A DNA stretch of 64,000 nucleotides from Dehalococcoidia bacterium (GTDB lineage: Bacteria; Chloroflexota; Dehalococcoidia; WHTO01). This document shows, piece after piece, positions 9,257 through 19,017 of this stretch. The stretch's first letter is position 1, and each line of letters starts with the position of its first letter. Location of the stretch: NCBI GenBank assembly GCA_040902555.1, contig JBBDXC010000020.1, forward strand, positions 3,528 to 67,527, written 5' to 3'. The notes beneath the pieces were generated by a model that was not told where the DNA came from, ran no database searches, and saw only the letters and a program-made list of their open reading frames with translations. The translations under genes were made by a program, and so were the position numbers.

Positions 9257-10626
9257 GACGGGCGATGCGTCCGTCCCAGCGGAACCACTCGATCTTGCCC
9301 GCGTCGTCGCGGATGAACTCCCCGCGGTTACCCCGCGAGGCGGTCCAGCCCGACCACGCGATCGGTGTCGTAGAAGGCGAGGCGAACGGGTGGGAACTGC
9401 GTCGGCACCAGCGTCGAGCCGAGCGGGTTCTGGGGCAGGTGGGCCCTGACCCGCAGCGCGCCGTCCTCCACGAACAGCTCAAGGTTCTCGAGGACGGCCC
9501 CATAGCGACCGGTATATTCCGTCAGTTCCTCAGTGGACAGCTCCATGAGCGTCCGTTTCGGCTCGTCGATACCGAGAAACTCGCTGGCCGCCCAGCGATT
9601 CACAAACTGCTCCAATTCGTGGCCATGGTCCGAATTCGCCAGGATGCTGACGGCGAAGTTCTGCTCAGGGAACATCACGAGTCCCGTCTGGAAGCCGTTG
9701 GTGCTGCCGCCGTGGCCAAGCGTGGGCGCGCCGCGGAACTCGTCCAGGAACCAGGTCAGGCCCATCCACTCACAGAGGCTGCCGGCGTCGACCTGGCGGG
9801 ACTGCATGACGTCCAAAGAGTCGGGCTTCAGGACTTGCTCGCCCGTGGGGCCGCGACCGTCGCCCAGGTGGAATGCGGCGAAGCGCAGCTGGTCGACGAC
9901 GCAAGATATGACCCCGCCTGCGGGCGCCATGCTGCGCGGCATGGCCCACGGCCGCGTCACTTTGAGGCCCTCGGCGGTCAGGACGTGGCCGACCGCGTGG
10001 CGTCGCGTCAGGGCTTCCTCGGGGAAGTAAAACGTGTCTTCGAGGCCCAGGGGGTCGAACACCAGGCGCTTGACCGCCAACTCGAAGGGCTCCTCCGTTA
10101 CGGCCTCGATCACTCGCCCGGCCACGTTGAAGCCGGTGTTGTTGTAGGACCACAGGGCGCCGACGGGGTTCTGCTGGGGCGCCTTTTTCAGCTTGCCGAC
10201 CATCGTCGTCAAGGCGTCGGCGCCCCGGCCGAAGTCCTTGAAGTAGTCCCCAACCCAACCGCCCATGTGCGTCAGCACGTGGGCAAGCGTGACCTGCCTC
10301 GAAATCGCCTCATCGGTCAGGGCGAAGTCCGGCAAGTAGGTCCGGATGGGCGCTGCCAGCTCAACGTTGCCCATCTCCACCAACCGCATCACCGCTGTCG
10401 CCGTGAAGGTCTTGGAGATGGAACCAATCTGGAAGACTGTGTGCTCGTCGACCGGCAGCGGGTTATCGAGGCTGGTCACCCCAAAGCCGGCGGTGTATAC
10501 GCGACTCTCGTGGAGGACCCCCAGCGCCACGCCCGGGACCCCCAGCTCCTCCATCGCCGCCGGCACCATCGACGACAGCCGTTCGAACGCGGTTTCCGCA
10601 GACACCGCTGTGCTTGCGGCGGTCAA
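9249..10626 (-). CDS. serine hydrolase, beta-lactamase/PBP-like family; frameshift near the C-terminus
   Basis: SISK (SxxK), YNN (YxN), HGG; ORF stops at 9328, but the tail RGEFIRDDAGKIEWFRWDGRIARRV* continues in another frame to 9249 and overlaps the next start codon. Confidence 0.85.
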
Positions 10627-11424
10627 CTAGCTTCCCTTGTAGGCCGGCGCCCGCTTCTCGACGAAGGCCCGGCCGGCCTCGCGGAAGTCCTCGGAGCGCA
10701 GGCAGTCCATCTGCCCCTCCAGGGCAAGCTGGACGCTTCGCCCGTCCGGCTCGAACGCGGCGTTGACGGCTCGCTTCGATCCACGCACGGCCAGTGGCGG
10801 GGCAGCGGCTATCTGCTCCGCCAGCGACTCGGCGGCGCCCTCCAGCTCGCCTTCGGGGACAACGCGATTCGCAATTCCGAGGCGTTGCGCCTCCGTGGCG
10901 TCTATCTGTGCCGCGGTGAAGATCAGCTCCTTGGCCACCGCCGGCCCGACCAGGCGGGTCAGCCACTCCGTGGCACCCATGTCAGGCAGCAGGCCGTAAC
11001 GGAACTCAAGCAGTCCGACCTTGGTGCCCTCCGCGAAGATCCTGAGGTCGCAGGCCAGCGCCAGCTGGAACCCGGCCCCCAGCGCGTAGCCGCGGACGGC
11101 GGCGATTGATGGGTAAGGAGCCTTGTGGATCCAGTAGAACGGCAGTTGCTCCGGCCGCACCATCGGGGCGCCGTTCTGACTGGGCTGGTCGGGGACGCCA
11201 TCGGCGATGCCGCCACCAACGATCAGGCTCTGGTCGAGTCCGGCGGAGAAGGCTCTGCCCTCACCGATGACGACGAGACAGCGCAGGTCGCCGTCCTCGC
11301 CGATCTCCCGCCCCAACTCGCGCATCTCATCCCACATCTGGCGGTTCTGGGCGTTCAGCTTGTCGGGCCTGGTCAGCGTCACCCAGCCGACCTGACCGCG
11401 GCGCTCAAACTTGATCATCTCCAT
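10627..11424 (-). CDS. enoyl-CoA hydratase/isomerase
   Basis: FSAGLD, GYALGAGFQLALACDLR, EDFREAGRAFVEKR. Confidence 0.9.
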   Translation of the reverse strand: MEMIKFERRGQVGWVTLTRPDKLNAQNRQMWDEMRELGREIGEDGDLRCLVVIGEGRAFSAGLDQSLIVGGGIADGVPDQPSQNGAPMVRPEQLPFYWIHKAPYPSIAAVRGYALGAGFQLALACDLRIFAEGTKVGLLEFRYGLLPDMGATEWLTRLVGPAVAKELIFTAAQIDATEAQRLGIANRVVPEGELEGAAESLAEQIAAAPPLAVRGSKRAVNAAFEPDGRSVQLALEGQMDCLRSEDFREAGRAFVEKRAPAYKGS

Positions 11425-11500
11425 GCTCTGTCTCCGTTCGTCCCGGGCGAAGGCGGGCGCCTCCGTCGGTCAATGCTTGATCGGGCGGGCAGCAGGTTCA

Positions 11501-11550
11501 ACAAGAAGGGCCGGAGCGGCGGTCGTAAAGCCACTACACCCGGCCCCTTC
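11501..11550 (-). terminator. probable intrinsic terminator of hspR-clpB
   Basis: GC-rich hairpin GAAGGGGCCGG...CCGGCCCTTC followed by TTGT on the minus strand just after the clpB stop. Confidence 0.55.
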
Positions 11551-11565
11551 GGAACGGCAGACACT

Positions 11566-14163
11566 TTAGACCGCTAGCACTTCGCCCTCCGCGGCCTTGA
11601 GCGTGAGCTCCCCATCCTCCACATCCACCAGGACGGTCATCCCGTCGTGGATCTCGCCCTCGAGGATCCGCATCGCCAGCGGGTCCATGATCCGCTTCTG
11701 GATCACCCTCTTCAGGGGGCGCGCGCCGTAGACAGGGTCGTAACCCTCCTCGACGAGTCGCTCGCGGGCGGCGTTGCTCAGCTTGAGAGTGATCCGCCGC
11801 TCGGCCAGGCGTTCCTGCAGCCGCAGGAGCTGGATCTCTACGACCTGGCTCAGCTGCGTGCGGCTCAGCGCTTCGAAGATGACGATCTCATCCACCCGGT
11901 TCAGGAACTCAGGGCGGAAGGTCGCTCGCAAGGCCTCCATTACGTGCTCGCGGACGCCCTCAGCGGAGGCCCCGCTGGCCAGGTAGTGGCTGCCGACGTT
12001 GCTGGTCATGATCACGATCGCGTTGCGGAAGTCGACTGTGCGCCCCTGTCCGTCGGTCAAGCGGCCGTCATCGAGGACCTGCAAGAGGACGTTGAATACG
12101 TCCGAGTGCGCCTTCTCGATTTCGTCGAAGAGCACCACGCTGTAGGGCCGCCGGCGCACAGCCTCGGTCAGCTGGCCGCCCTCCTCGTAGCCGATGTACC
12201 CGGGCGGCGCCCCAATCAGGCGCGCCACGGTGTGCTTCTCCATGTATTCCGACATGTCGAGCCGGATCATCGAGTGCTCGTCGTCGAACAGGAACTGGGC
12301 CAGCGCCCGCGCTAGCTCTGTCTTACCAACCCCGGTGGGGCCGAGAAAGATGAAGCTGCCGAGGGGCCGGTTGGGCTCCTGTATCCCAGCCCGCGAGCGC
12401 CGAATAGCGTTGCTGACCGCTTTAACAGCCTCGTCCTGGCCAACCACCCGCTGGTGCAGCCGCTCCTCCATTCGGATCAGCTTTTGCATTTCGCCTTCCA
12501 GCAGCCGGCTGATCAGTATCCCCGTCCAACGAGCGACTACCTCGGCGATGTCGTCCTCGTCGACCTCCTCCTTGAGCATCTTGTGGTCTTGCTGCAGCTC
12601 GGCGAGTCGTGCTTCGTGCTCGGCCATCTCCGCTTCGAGCTTCGCGATGGTCCCGTACTTCAGTTCGGCGGCGCGGCCGAAGTCGGCGGCGCGCTCGGCG
12701 TGCTCAACCTCGACTTTCGCTTGCTCGAGCTTTTCCTTGTGGGCCTGGATCTCGGTGATCGCCGCCTTTTCCTGGTCCCAGTGAGCACGCAGCCGCACCC
12801 TCTCTTCCGAGAGGTCGGCCAGCTCGCGCTCGAGGGTCGCCAACCGCTCTTTTGAGGCGTTGTCCGTTTCTTTGCGCAGGGCCTCGCGCTCGATCTCCAG
12901 CTGCAGGATCCGGCGCTCTACCTCGTCCAGCTCGGCCGGCAGGCTATCTATCTCCATGCGCAGCCGGCTCGCCGCCTCGTCGACCAAGTCGATCGCCTTA
13001 TCGGGAAGGAAGCGGTCGGCGATATAGCGGTTCGAGAGCACTGCCGCCGCTACCAGGGCAGAGTCCTTGATGCGGACACCATGGTGCAACTCGTAACGCT
13101 CGCGCAGGCCACGCAGGATCGAGATCGTGTCTTCGACCGACGGCTCGCCGATCAAAACCGGCTGGAAGCGTCGCGCCAGCGCGGCGTCCTTCTCGATGTG
13201 CTTTCGGTACTCGTCCAGCGTCGTCGCGCCGATACAGTGCAGCTCACCACGCGCCAGCATCGGCTTGAGCATGTTCGAGGCGTCCAGGGAGCCTTCCGCG
13301 GCGCCCGCGCCGATCACCGTGTGCAGCTCGTCGATGAAGAGGATGACTTGCCCTTCCGACTCCTGCACCTCCTTGAGGACTGCCCGCAGCCGCTCCTCGA
13401 ACTCGCCGCGGAACTTGGCGCCGGCGACCAGCGCGCCCATGTCCAGGGCCACGATCCGTCGCTCTTTCAAGCCCTCCGGGACGTCTCCGCGCTCGATGCG
13501 CTGGGCCAGACCTTCGGCGATGGCGGTCTTGCCCACGCCGGGGTCACCGATCAAGACAGGGTTGTTCTTGGTCCGGCGGGAGAGGACCTGGATCACGCGA
13601 CGGATCTCCTCCTCGCGTCCGATTACCGGGTCCAGTTTGCCGGCACGGGCCATCGCCGTGAGGTCGCGGCCGTACTTCTCGAGGGCTTCGTACTTCTCCT
13701 CGGGATTCTGGTCGGTGACGCGCTGCGACCCGCGAATCGGGATTAGCGCCTTGAGCAGGGCATCGCGCGTCAGCCCCAGACGCTTGAATATGCCCGCAAC
13801 GGGCTCGCCACCTGCCTCGGCGATCGCCAGCAGAAGGTGCTCAGTGCTGACGAACTCGTCGTGCATCTGCCTGGCCTCTTCCTCGGCCTGCTTGAACACG
13901 GCATTCAGCCGATGGCCCATCCGCAGCTGCACCGGGCCATAAGCCTTGGGCGCCGCGTCGAGGGCTTCGACGAGAGATCGTTCAAGGGCCTGGCGGTCCC
14001 CGCCGGCCTTCTCGATGATTCGTGCGGGCAGACCGTCCCCGTCCTCCAGCAGAGCTTCGGCGAGGTGTTCGACCTCTAGCTCTGTGCTGTTCCGCTCCTC
14101 CGCGAGCTCCTGGGCCCTGAGCAGGGCCTCCCGCGATTTCTCGGTTAATTTGTTGACGTTCAT
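11566..14163 (-). CDS. clpB: chaperone ClpB
   Basis: Two AAA+ modules ([16 protein letters not shown]) with the long coiled-coil middle domain. Confidence 0.97.
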   Translation of the reverse strand: MNVNKLTEKSREALLRAQELAEERNSTELEVEHLAEALLEDGDGLPARIIEKAGGDRQALERSLVEALDAAPKAYGPVQLRMGHRLNAVFKQAEEEARQMHDEFVSTEHLLLAIAEAGGEPVAGIFKRLGLTRDALLKALIPIRGSQRVTDQNPEEKYEALEKYGRDLTAMARAGKLDPVIGREEEIRRVIQVLSRRTKNNPVLIGDPGVGKTAIAEGLAQRIERGDVPEGLKERRIVALDMGALVAGAKFRGEFEERLRAVLKEVQESEGQVILFIDELHTVIGAGAAEGSLDASNMLKPMLARGELHCIGATTLDEYRKHIEKDAALARRFQPVLIGEPSVEDTISILRGLRERYELHHGVRIKDSALVAAAVLSNRYIADRFLPDKAIDLVDEAASRLRMEIDSLPAELDEVERRILQLEIEREALRKETDNASKERLATLERELADLSEERVRLRAHWDQEKAAITEIQAHKEKLEQAKVEVEHAERAADFGRAAELKYGTIAKLEAEMAEHEARLAELQQDHKMLKEEVDEDDIAEVVARWTGILISRLLEGEMQKLIRMEERLHQRVVGQDEAVKAVSNAIRRSRAGIQEPNRPLGSFIFLGPTGVGKTELARALAQFLFDDEHSMIRLDMSEYMEKHTVARLIGAPPGYIGYEEGGQLTEAVRRRPYSVVLFDEIEKAHSDVFNVLLQVLDDGRLTDGQGRTVDFRNAIVIMTSNVGSHYLASGASAEGVREHVMEALRATFRPEFLNRVDEIVIFEALSRTQLSQVVEIQLLRLQERLAERRITLKLSNAARERLVEEGYDPVYGARPLKRVIQKRIMDPLAMRILEGEIHDGMTVLVDVEDGELTLKAAEGEVLAV

Positions 14164-14164
14164 C

Positions 14165-14554
14165 CTATTCACCATCCATCTGGTCGTCGTGCTGGCCGAG
14201 CCATTCGAGGAAGGAGTGGATGTCTGCCGCCAGCTGCTTGCGGCTTCGGGTCGCGAGCTGCCTCCGGAACTCGCGCATGCGTCGCCCGATTTCTAGCGCC
14301 ATCTCCACGCCGGAGAGGTTCAGGCCGCGCTCCTCCACGAGGTAGCGCACCGCGCGCAGTCGGCGTACGTCACCTTCAGAATAAAGCCGGACGTTGCCCC
14401 CGCTGCGCGCCGGCCTTATCAGGCCCTGGCGCTCATACTTGCGAAGCGTTTGCGGGTGCATTCCCGCCAGCTGCGAGGCAACGCTAATGGCATACCGCCC
14501 GCCGTTACTCGCCGGGCTCGTTCCATAACTTTCTCGACCAGTCGACTTGACCAT
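14165..14554 (-). CDS. hspR: MerR-family heat-shock repressor HspR
   Basis: [42 protein letters not shown]; directly upstream of clpB. Confidence 0.85.
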   Translation of the reverse strand: MVKSTGRESYGTSPASNGGRYAISVASQLAGMHPQTLRKYERQGLIRPARSGGNVRLYSEGDVRRLRAVRYLVEERGLNLSGVEMALEIGRRMREFRRQLATRSRKQLAADIHSFLEWLGQHDDQMDGE

Positions 14555-14568
14555 GTGCGGTTAATAGC

Positions 14569-14598
14569 ATTATATAAATTGATACGTCTTGTATCAAG
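14569..14598 (-). promoter_or_regulatory. sigma70-type promoter overlapped by a HAIR-like inverted repeat
   Basis: TTGATA-N17-TATAAT on the minus strand; inverted repeat TTGATAC-N5-GTATCAA at 14579-14597. Confidence 0.8.
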
Positions 14599-14670
14599 TA
14601 AGATAGCGCTAGATGCCTGCCTGTCTCTCGCGTTGTCAAAAATCGAGTAACCCGCTTGCCGCGGCTTCTA

Positions 14671-14714
14671 GGCACCCTCTCCTTTGAGGGAGAGGATCAA
14701 GGTGAGGGTGACGG
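14671..14714 (-). repeat. REP-like element (CCCTCACC..CCTCTCCC..GGAGAGGG family)
   Basis: Near-identical to the element at 48695-48735. Confidence 0.7.
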
Positions 14715-14792
14715 TGCTTCAGATGAGAGGGAGTCAGTAGATGAGACATGGCGTCGGCGGAAAGCATGGACGAGGCACCGATTTGAGTACGC

Positions 14793-15806
14793 TCAGTGTC
14801 CCTCATGTGTCATCCCGGCGTGTGCCGCCCGCCAGGCGGCGAGGGTTGCTTCCCCGGCGGCCGTCACCCGACCGCCGGCATCGCGGACCATGAAGATCCC
14901 GCTCATCCCGCCGTCCGAATGCTCCTGGACGTGGCAGTGGTACATCCACGCCCCCGGCCCGACGCGTTCGCCGGCGATCACCTGGAAGCCGAAGGAATCG
15001 CCGGGGCCCAGCGTCTTGTCGTCTATCACGGGCGATGAGTCCTGGATCGTGGCAAGCAGGCCTGTGCGGGTGTCGGCCCAGCGGTGGGCATGCAGATGGA
15101 AGGTGTGGAAGAGGTCGCCATGTCCGATGACCACGAACTCGACACGCTCGCCCACGTTGGCTTCGAAGACCGGCGTGTTGGGGGCGTACTTGAGGTTGAT
15201 CGAGTCCTGGACCATGACGACGACAAAAGGTGGCCGATCGGGCAGCGGGTCGCCCGGCCGCCGCACGATCAGAGCGCCGAACAGCCCGCTGTTGACGCCC
15301 GTCGTCCCGTGGTCCGTCCCCATGCAGTGGTCGTGGTAGTGCCAGTAGCCGGCGCTGCCCGGCGCCGTGGTGCGATCGTCCCGTTGCGTCGGAGCGTGGG
15401 CGCCGAAGACATAGGTGCGGCGTCCGCCCGGCGGCGTGCAGCTCTCGCTGAGCGGTGTGCCGTCGCTCTCCACGGTGTAGTCGAGACCGTGGGTGTGGAT
15501 GCTGACGTCGTCGGCGAGGTGGTTGACGAGTGTGATCGCCAGGCACTGGCCCTCACGCATCTCGATCGTGGGGCCTGGAATGGATGCGGTGCTGGGGGTC
15601 CGTCCATAGCCGAAGCCGTCGCCGACCACCTCGGCATAGAGCGTCATCGTCCGCGTCGGCCGGCAGACCTGTCCGGCTGGCGGCGGCTGCCCCTCTGACC
15701 CGCCTGACTGCGCCGGCCCCAAGGGGGATATCGGCGATAGAGCGCCGAGGACGGCGATAGCCAGCGCGGCCAGGACGATTTTGACGCGGTTTGGGATCCG
15801 GGACAT
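14793..15806 (-). CDS. two-domain multicopper oxidase (small laccase, SLAC-like)
   Basis: Copper ligands SIHTHG, WHYHDH, HTFHLHAH, YHCHVQEHSDGGM; signal peptide. Confidence 0.9.
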   Translation of the reverse strand: MSRIPNRVKIVLAALAIAVLGALSPISPLGPAQSGGSEGQPPPAGQVCRPTRTMTLYAEVVGDGFGYGRTPSTASIPGPTIEMREGQCLAITLVNHLADDVSIHTHGLDYTVESDGTPLSESCTPPGGRRTYVFGAHAPTQRDDRTTAPGSAGYWHYHDHCMGTDHGTTGVNSGLFGALIVRRPGDPLPDRPPFVVVMVQDSINLKYAPNTPVFEANVGERVEFVVIGHGDLFHTFHLHAHRWADTRTGLLATIQDSSPVIDDKTLGPGDSFGFQVIAGERVGPGAWMYHCHVQEHSDGGMSGIFMVRDAGGRVTAAGEATLAAWRAAHAGMTHEGH

Positions 15807-16050
15807 GGGTACTCCTTGGCGGCGAATTCCAACCCGCCAATGCTACCCGCGGCCGACCCGAGGACGCTCGACCAGGGCCAGAACCTGGGTGGAGTTCGAG
15901 TCCACGTCGTCACGGCTTTGATTACCTGGCGCCTGCTCGTGCGGGACGAGCCGGCGCCCTTGATGTCCGTAGGCCCCACTTGTGAGCCCGGAAGCTGCGA
16001 CAGCAGCTTCACGTTCGTTATCTTCTTACTACAGGTAAGGAGCGAACAAC

Positions 16051-16482
16051 ATGGCAACACTTACCCAACAGATGAAAGAGGCCATCACCAGCGTCCCCAC
16101 GGACAAGACCCCGTGCCTGATCGGCACCGTGTCGGCGGACGGTTGGCCGAACATTAGCTACCGCGGCAGCGTGGCTGTCTACAGCGACGACTCGCTCTCG
16201 TTCTGGAACCGTCAGCGCAAGGACACCGTCGCCAATGTTGAAGCTCATCCTCAGGTCGTTATTTTCTACACGAATCGCGAGCGCATGGCTCAGTGGCGCT
16301 TCCTGGGGCGGGCCCGGGTCGTTGACGACCCCGTGGAGCGCGAACGGATCCTCTCGATCACGCCCCAGGTTGAGCTCGACGCGGACCCCGAACTAAAGGG
16401 CGTCGGCGTCATCGTCGAACTAGAGCGGATCCTCGACTACCAGAACAATGACGTCAGCGCTGGGGCCCCTCAGGCTGCTTGA
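16051..16482 (+). CDS. pyridoxamine 5'-phosphate oxidase-like flavin-binding protein
   Basis: IGTVSADGWPNISYRGS, TVANVEAHPQV. Confidence 0.8.
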   Translation: MATLTQQMKEAITSVPTDKTPCLIGTVSADGWPNISYRGSVAVYSDDSLSFWNRQRKDTVANVEAHPQVVIFYTNRERMAQWRFLGRARVVDDPVERERILSITPQVELDADPELKGVGVIVELERILDYQNNDVSAGAPQAA

Positions 16483-16498
16483 GGGGCTGCAGCCGAGT

Positions 16499-17166
16499 TC
16501 AGCTGCTGCGGTCCTCGATCTCCCAGGCGTGGTCGAGAACATGCCAGGCGATGCGCCGGGCGGCGTAGCGGGCCGGCCAGCCCTTCGCCGCCGGCGGCGA
16601 ACCATCCGAGGCCGAGCCGAGAGCCGTAGCGATGGCTGAGCGGAGGGCTTGCACAGCGTTGGCATCGTCAAGGGCTGGCTCGGGGTGGCGGATGCCGATC
16701 TTGCGGGCGTAAGCGGCCTCAGCGTTGAGCACGTGCTGGAGGATCTTGTCGCGGCCACGCCCGCCGCCGCGCGGCCCCTTGCGCAGGGAGGCGGGAGCGC
16801 CCGCCGCGACCCCATCAAGCACAGTCCAGGCAGCTTCGACCAGCGCGGACAACCGCCCGGCCCCGCTCGGCGATAGCTGCTGAAGATCGGCCGTTGCGAC
16901 ACCACCAGGCGCGCCGAAGTCAGTCGTTGACGACCCTGGGATTCTCTCGACGACCTTAAGGCCACTTAGCCGGCGGTCGAAAAGGCACACCCGCGATTTT
17001 GGCCACCTGGGCGTAGCGTTTGCCGGCGGCGGCGAGGCTCTCCAACGCTGCGTCCTCGTCCTTGCCAGGAGCGGCACCAACCTGGCCAGTCGAGGGCACA
17101 GGCAAACACCCGGCGGTTGCCTGATTCGAGGTAGACGGGGAACGCCTTGGAAACTGGCGTGGTCAT
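16499..17166 (-). pseudogene. conserved hypothetical protein split by two frameshifts (or assembly errors)
   Basis: VYLESGNRRVFACALDWPGWCRS / GKDEDAALESLA.. / KVVERIPGSSTTDFGAPG..RRIAWHVLDHAWEIEDRS joined across shifts at about 17067 and 16982. Confidence 0.7.
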
Positions 17167-17231
17167 GGTTGTTAGTAAGTTGGCGGAGCCGTTTCCGCGG
17201 GGCGACCCCGCGAGCGGGAACCCAAGAGAAT

Positions 17232-17291
17232 TGGTGGAGCTGAGGGGACTCGAACCCCTGACCCGTCGCCTGGGCGACTGCTCTCTCAGCT
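17232..17291 (-). repeat. tRNA-Ala-derived partial copy (D-loop to CCA) with the anticodon arm replaced
   Basis: AGCTGAGAGAGCA-GTCGCCCAGGCGAC-GGGTCAGGGGTTCGAGTCCCCTCAGCTCCACCA. Confidence 0.9.
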
Positions 17292-17529
17292 TTCCTTGAG
17301 AATACGGTCGAGTTCGGCTCGTCCATGCCGACTTGAGGTACCTTTCCCTGCGAACGGCTTCTTGGCGAGATTCGTACGCCTCCGTGTGTAAGAGCTCAAA
17401 CGGCCCGCCAGCCTTTGCATAAGGACCTTTACCACTGTTGTGCTCGGAGAGGCGTCGCGCGACATCGAGGGTCGACCCCGTGTAGCGGCGACCCTTCTTC
17501 ACGCTTCTTAGGACGTACACGTAGAACAA
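17286..17529 (-). CDS. GIY-YIG nuclease, copy 2 (2-nt deletion near the C-terminus)
   Basis: MFYVYVLRSVKKGRRYTGSTLDVARRLSEHNSG..EAVRRERYLKS; frameshift at about 17330 relative to copy 1. Confidence 0.85.
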
Positions 17530-17540
17530 CGGCAGAGTAG

Positions 17541-17601
17541 TGGTGGAGCTGAGGGGACTCGAAACCCCTGACCCGTCGCCTGGGCGACTGCTCTCTCAAC
17601 T
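17541..17601 (-). repeat. tRNA-Ala-derived partial copy (D-loop to CCA) with the anticodon arm replaced
   Basis: Same as 17232-17291 except one extra T in the T-loop and one substitution near the 5' end. Confidence 0.9.
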
Positions 17602-17841
17602 CTCCTTGAGAATACGGTCGAGTTCGGCTCGTCCATGCCCTGACTTGAGGTACTTTTCCCGGCGAACGGCCTCTCGACGAGATTCGTAAGCCTCGGTGTG
17701 TAACAGCTCAAACGGCCCTCCGGCCTTTGCATAAGGACCTTTACCACTGTTGTGCTCGGAAAGGCGCCGCGCGACATCGAGGGTCGAGCCCGTGTAGCGG
17801 CGACCATTCTTCATGCTTCTCAGGACGTACACGTAGAACAA
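17596..17841 (-). CDS. GIY-YIG nuclease, copy 1 (81 aa, intact)
   Basis: YVY..YTG motifs, RRLSEHN arginine, EAVRRE glutamate; TTG start 11 nt after the tRNA CCA. Confidence 0.9.
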   Translation of the reverse strand: MFYVYVLRSMKNGRRYTGSTLDVARRLSEHNSGKGPYAKAGGPFELLHTEAYESRREAVRREKYLKSGHGRAELDRILKES

Positions 17842-17852
17842 CGGCAGAGTAG

Positions 17853-17928
17853 TGGTGGAGCTGAGGGGACTCGAACCCCTGACCCCCTGCATGCCATGCA
17901 GGTGCTCTCCCAGCTGAGCTACAGCCCC
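17853..17928 (-). tRNA. tRNA-Ala (GGC)
   Basis: 76 nt GGGGCTGTAGCTCAGCTGGGAGAGCA..CCTGC-ATGGCAT-GCAGG..GTTCGAGT..CTCCACCA; G3:U70 pair. Confidence 0.97.
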
Positions 17929-17938
17929 ACGTGAATCG

Positions 17939-17984
17939 TGACCCGTCGCCTGGGCGACTGCTCTCCCAGCTGAGCTACAGCCCC
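17939..17984 (-). repeat. tRNA-Ala-derived 5' partial copy with the anticodon arm replaced
   Basis: GGGGCTGTAGCTCAGCTGGGAGAGCA-GTCGCCCAGGCGAC-GGGTCA, 10 nt upstream of the intact tRNA. Confidence 0.9.
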
Positions 17985-18001
17985 ACGCGGACGGCCGAAT
18001 G

Positions 18002-18010
18002 ATCCTAGCA
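18002..18010 (-). promoter_or_regulatory. extended -10 promoter for the tRNA/GIY-YIG array
   Basis: TG-C-TAGGAT 17 nt upstream of the first tRNA-like copy. Confidence 0.5.
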
Positions 18011-18037
18011 GGATGGGTGCGCTGAATCAGCCGCCCC

Positions 18038-18937
18038 TCAACGGCTCGCCAGCAGCTCCAAGCACCGCCTGCCCGCCCATGTCGCACGCTCGCGATCGCC
18101 CTGCCGCCAGTGGTATTGGACCTGGCCCAGCCCGACGTGCAGCGCGTAACAAAGGCTTCGCTGCTCGAAGCCGGCGAGCCCGGCGAACACCTTGCGGTAG
18201 TGCTGCCAGTGGACCGGGAAGGACGGCGGCTGCTGCCAGAAGCGCGCCGTTGCCACGTCATAGAGCGGGTCACCGTACATGCCATCACCCCAGTCGATGA
18301 CGGCCGTGATTCGCTTCCCGTCGGTGAGGACGTTGTTGGAACCAGAGTCCCCGTGGACAAGGACGCGCTCCTCAGGGCACCCCGCCGCGAGGGCCAGGTA
18401 CCGATCAAGTACGCCCCGAAAGCCTGGAAGTTCCAGGTCATTGGCTATCAGCTCCCAGTCATGATTCTCGGCCATTGCCTGCAGGTAGTCCTGCCAGGTT
18501 ACGTAGGGCGCGCTGCCATCGGGGTCGAAATCGCCGAATCCAACTCCCGGCGCCGGCACGTTCCAGATGGCGCGCATGACGTCGACCATTTCATCGAGGA
18601 GGTTCTCGACCGTGGCCGGGCTCGCGTCCTGCACCGTCTCGCCCTCGACGAACTGTGTGAGGCAAAACCAGAGGCCCTCAACGCTTTCAATCTTCAGCAC
18701 TTCGGGGACGGGTACCGCCGTGAAGGAAAAACGCTCGAAGGCGAACAGGTCCTTGTCGAACAACCGGCGCTCCGGGTGCACACGAACGACCAGCCGCCGA
18801 TTCGTCAGGTTCACCCCGTAGGCCTGGCACTCCTCGCCCTCGGCCAGCGGGAAGAGGCTGGTCTTTGCTCCGGGGAGCATGCCCTGGACAGCGGCCACTA
18901 TCTCGGCTTCGGATAGCGATGGCTTAGGCAATGTCAC
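18038..18937 (-). CDS. aminoglycoside phosphotransferase family, APH(4)/hygromycin kinase-like
   Basis: LAEGEECQAY, CPEERVLVHGDSGSNNVLTDGKRITAVIDW..GDPLYDVA. Confidence 0.85.
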   Translation of the reverse strand: MTLPKPSLSEAEIVAAVQGMLPGAKTSLFPLAEGEECQAYGVNLTNRRLVVRVHPERRLFDKDLFAFERFSFTAVPVPEVLKIESVEGLWFCLTQFVEGETVQDASPATVENLLDEMVDVMRAIWNVPAPGVGFGDFDPDGSAPYVTWQDYLQAMAENHDWELIANDLELPGFRGVLDRYLALAAGCPEERVLVHGDSGSNNVLTDGKRITAVIDWGDGMYGDPLYDVATARFWQQPPSFPVHWQHYRKVFAGLAGFEQRSLCYALHVGLGQVQYHWRQGDRERATWAGRRCLELLASR

Positions 18938-19017
18938 ATCCGCTGTTTTCGAAACTGGTCACCGACGGATTATCCTCTCAGGTTGCATCCCTGCAACGCC
19001 AGGTCAGGAGGTTTTCA

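Noticed and set aside
17232-17984. CRISPR array or simple prophage attL/attR
   Set aside because: The repeats are tRNA-derived and the intervening sequences are paralogous genes; there is no cas or integrase gene, and the anticodon substitution is not explained by att duplication
17596-18441. 281-aa ORF fusing upstream sequence to GIY-YIG copy 1
   Set aside because: It reads through the APH gene off-frame and through the tRNA; the real start is probably the TTG at 17841, as in copy 2
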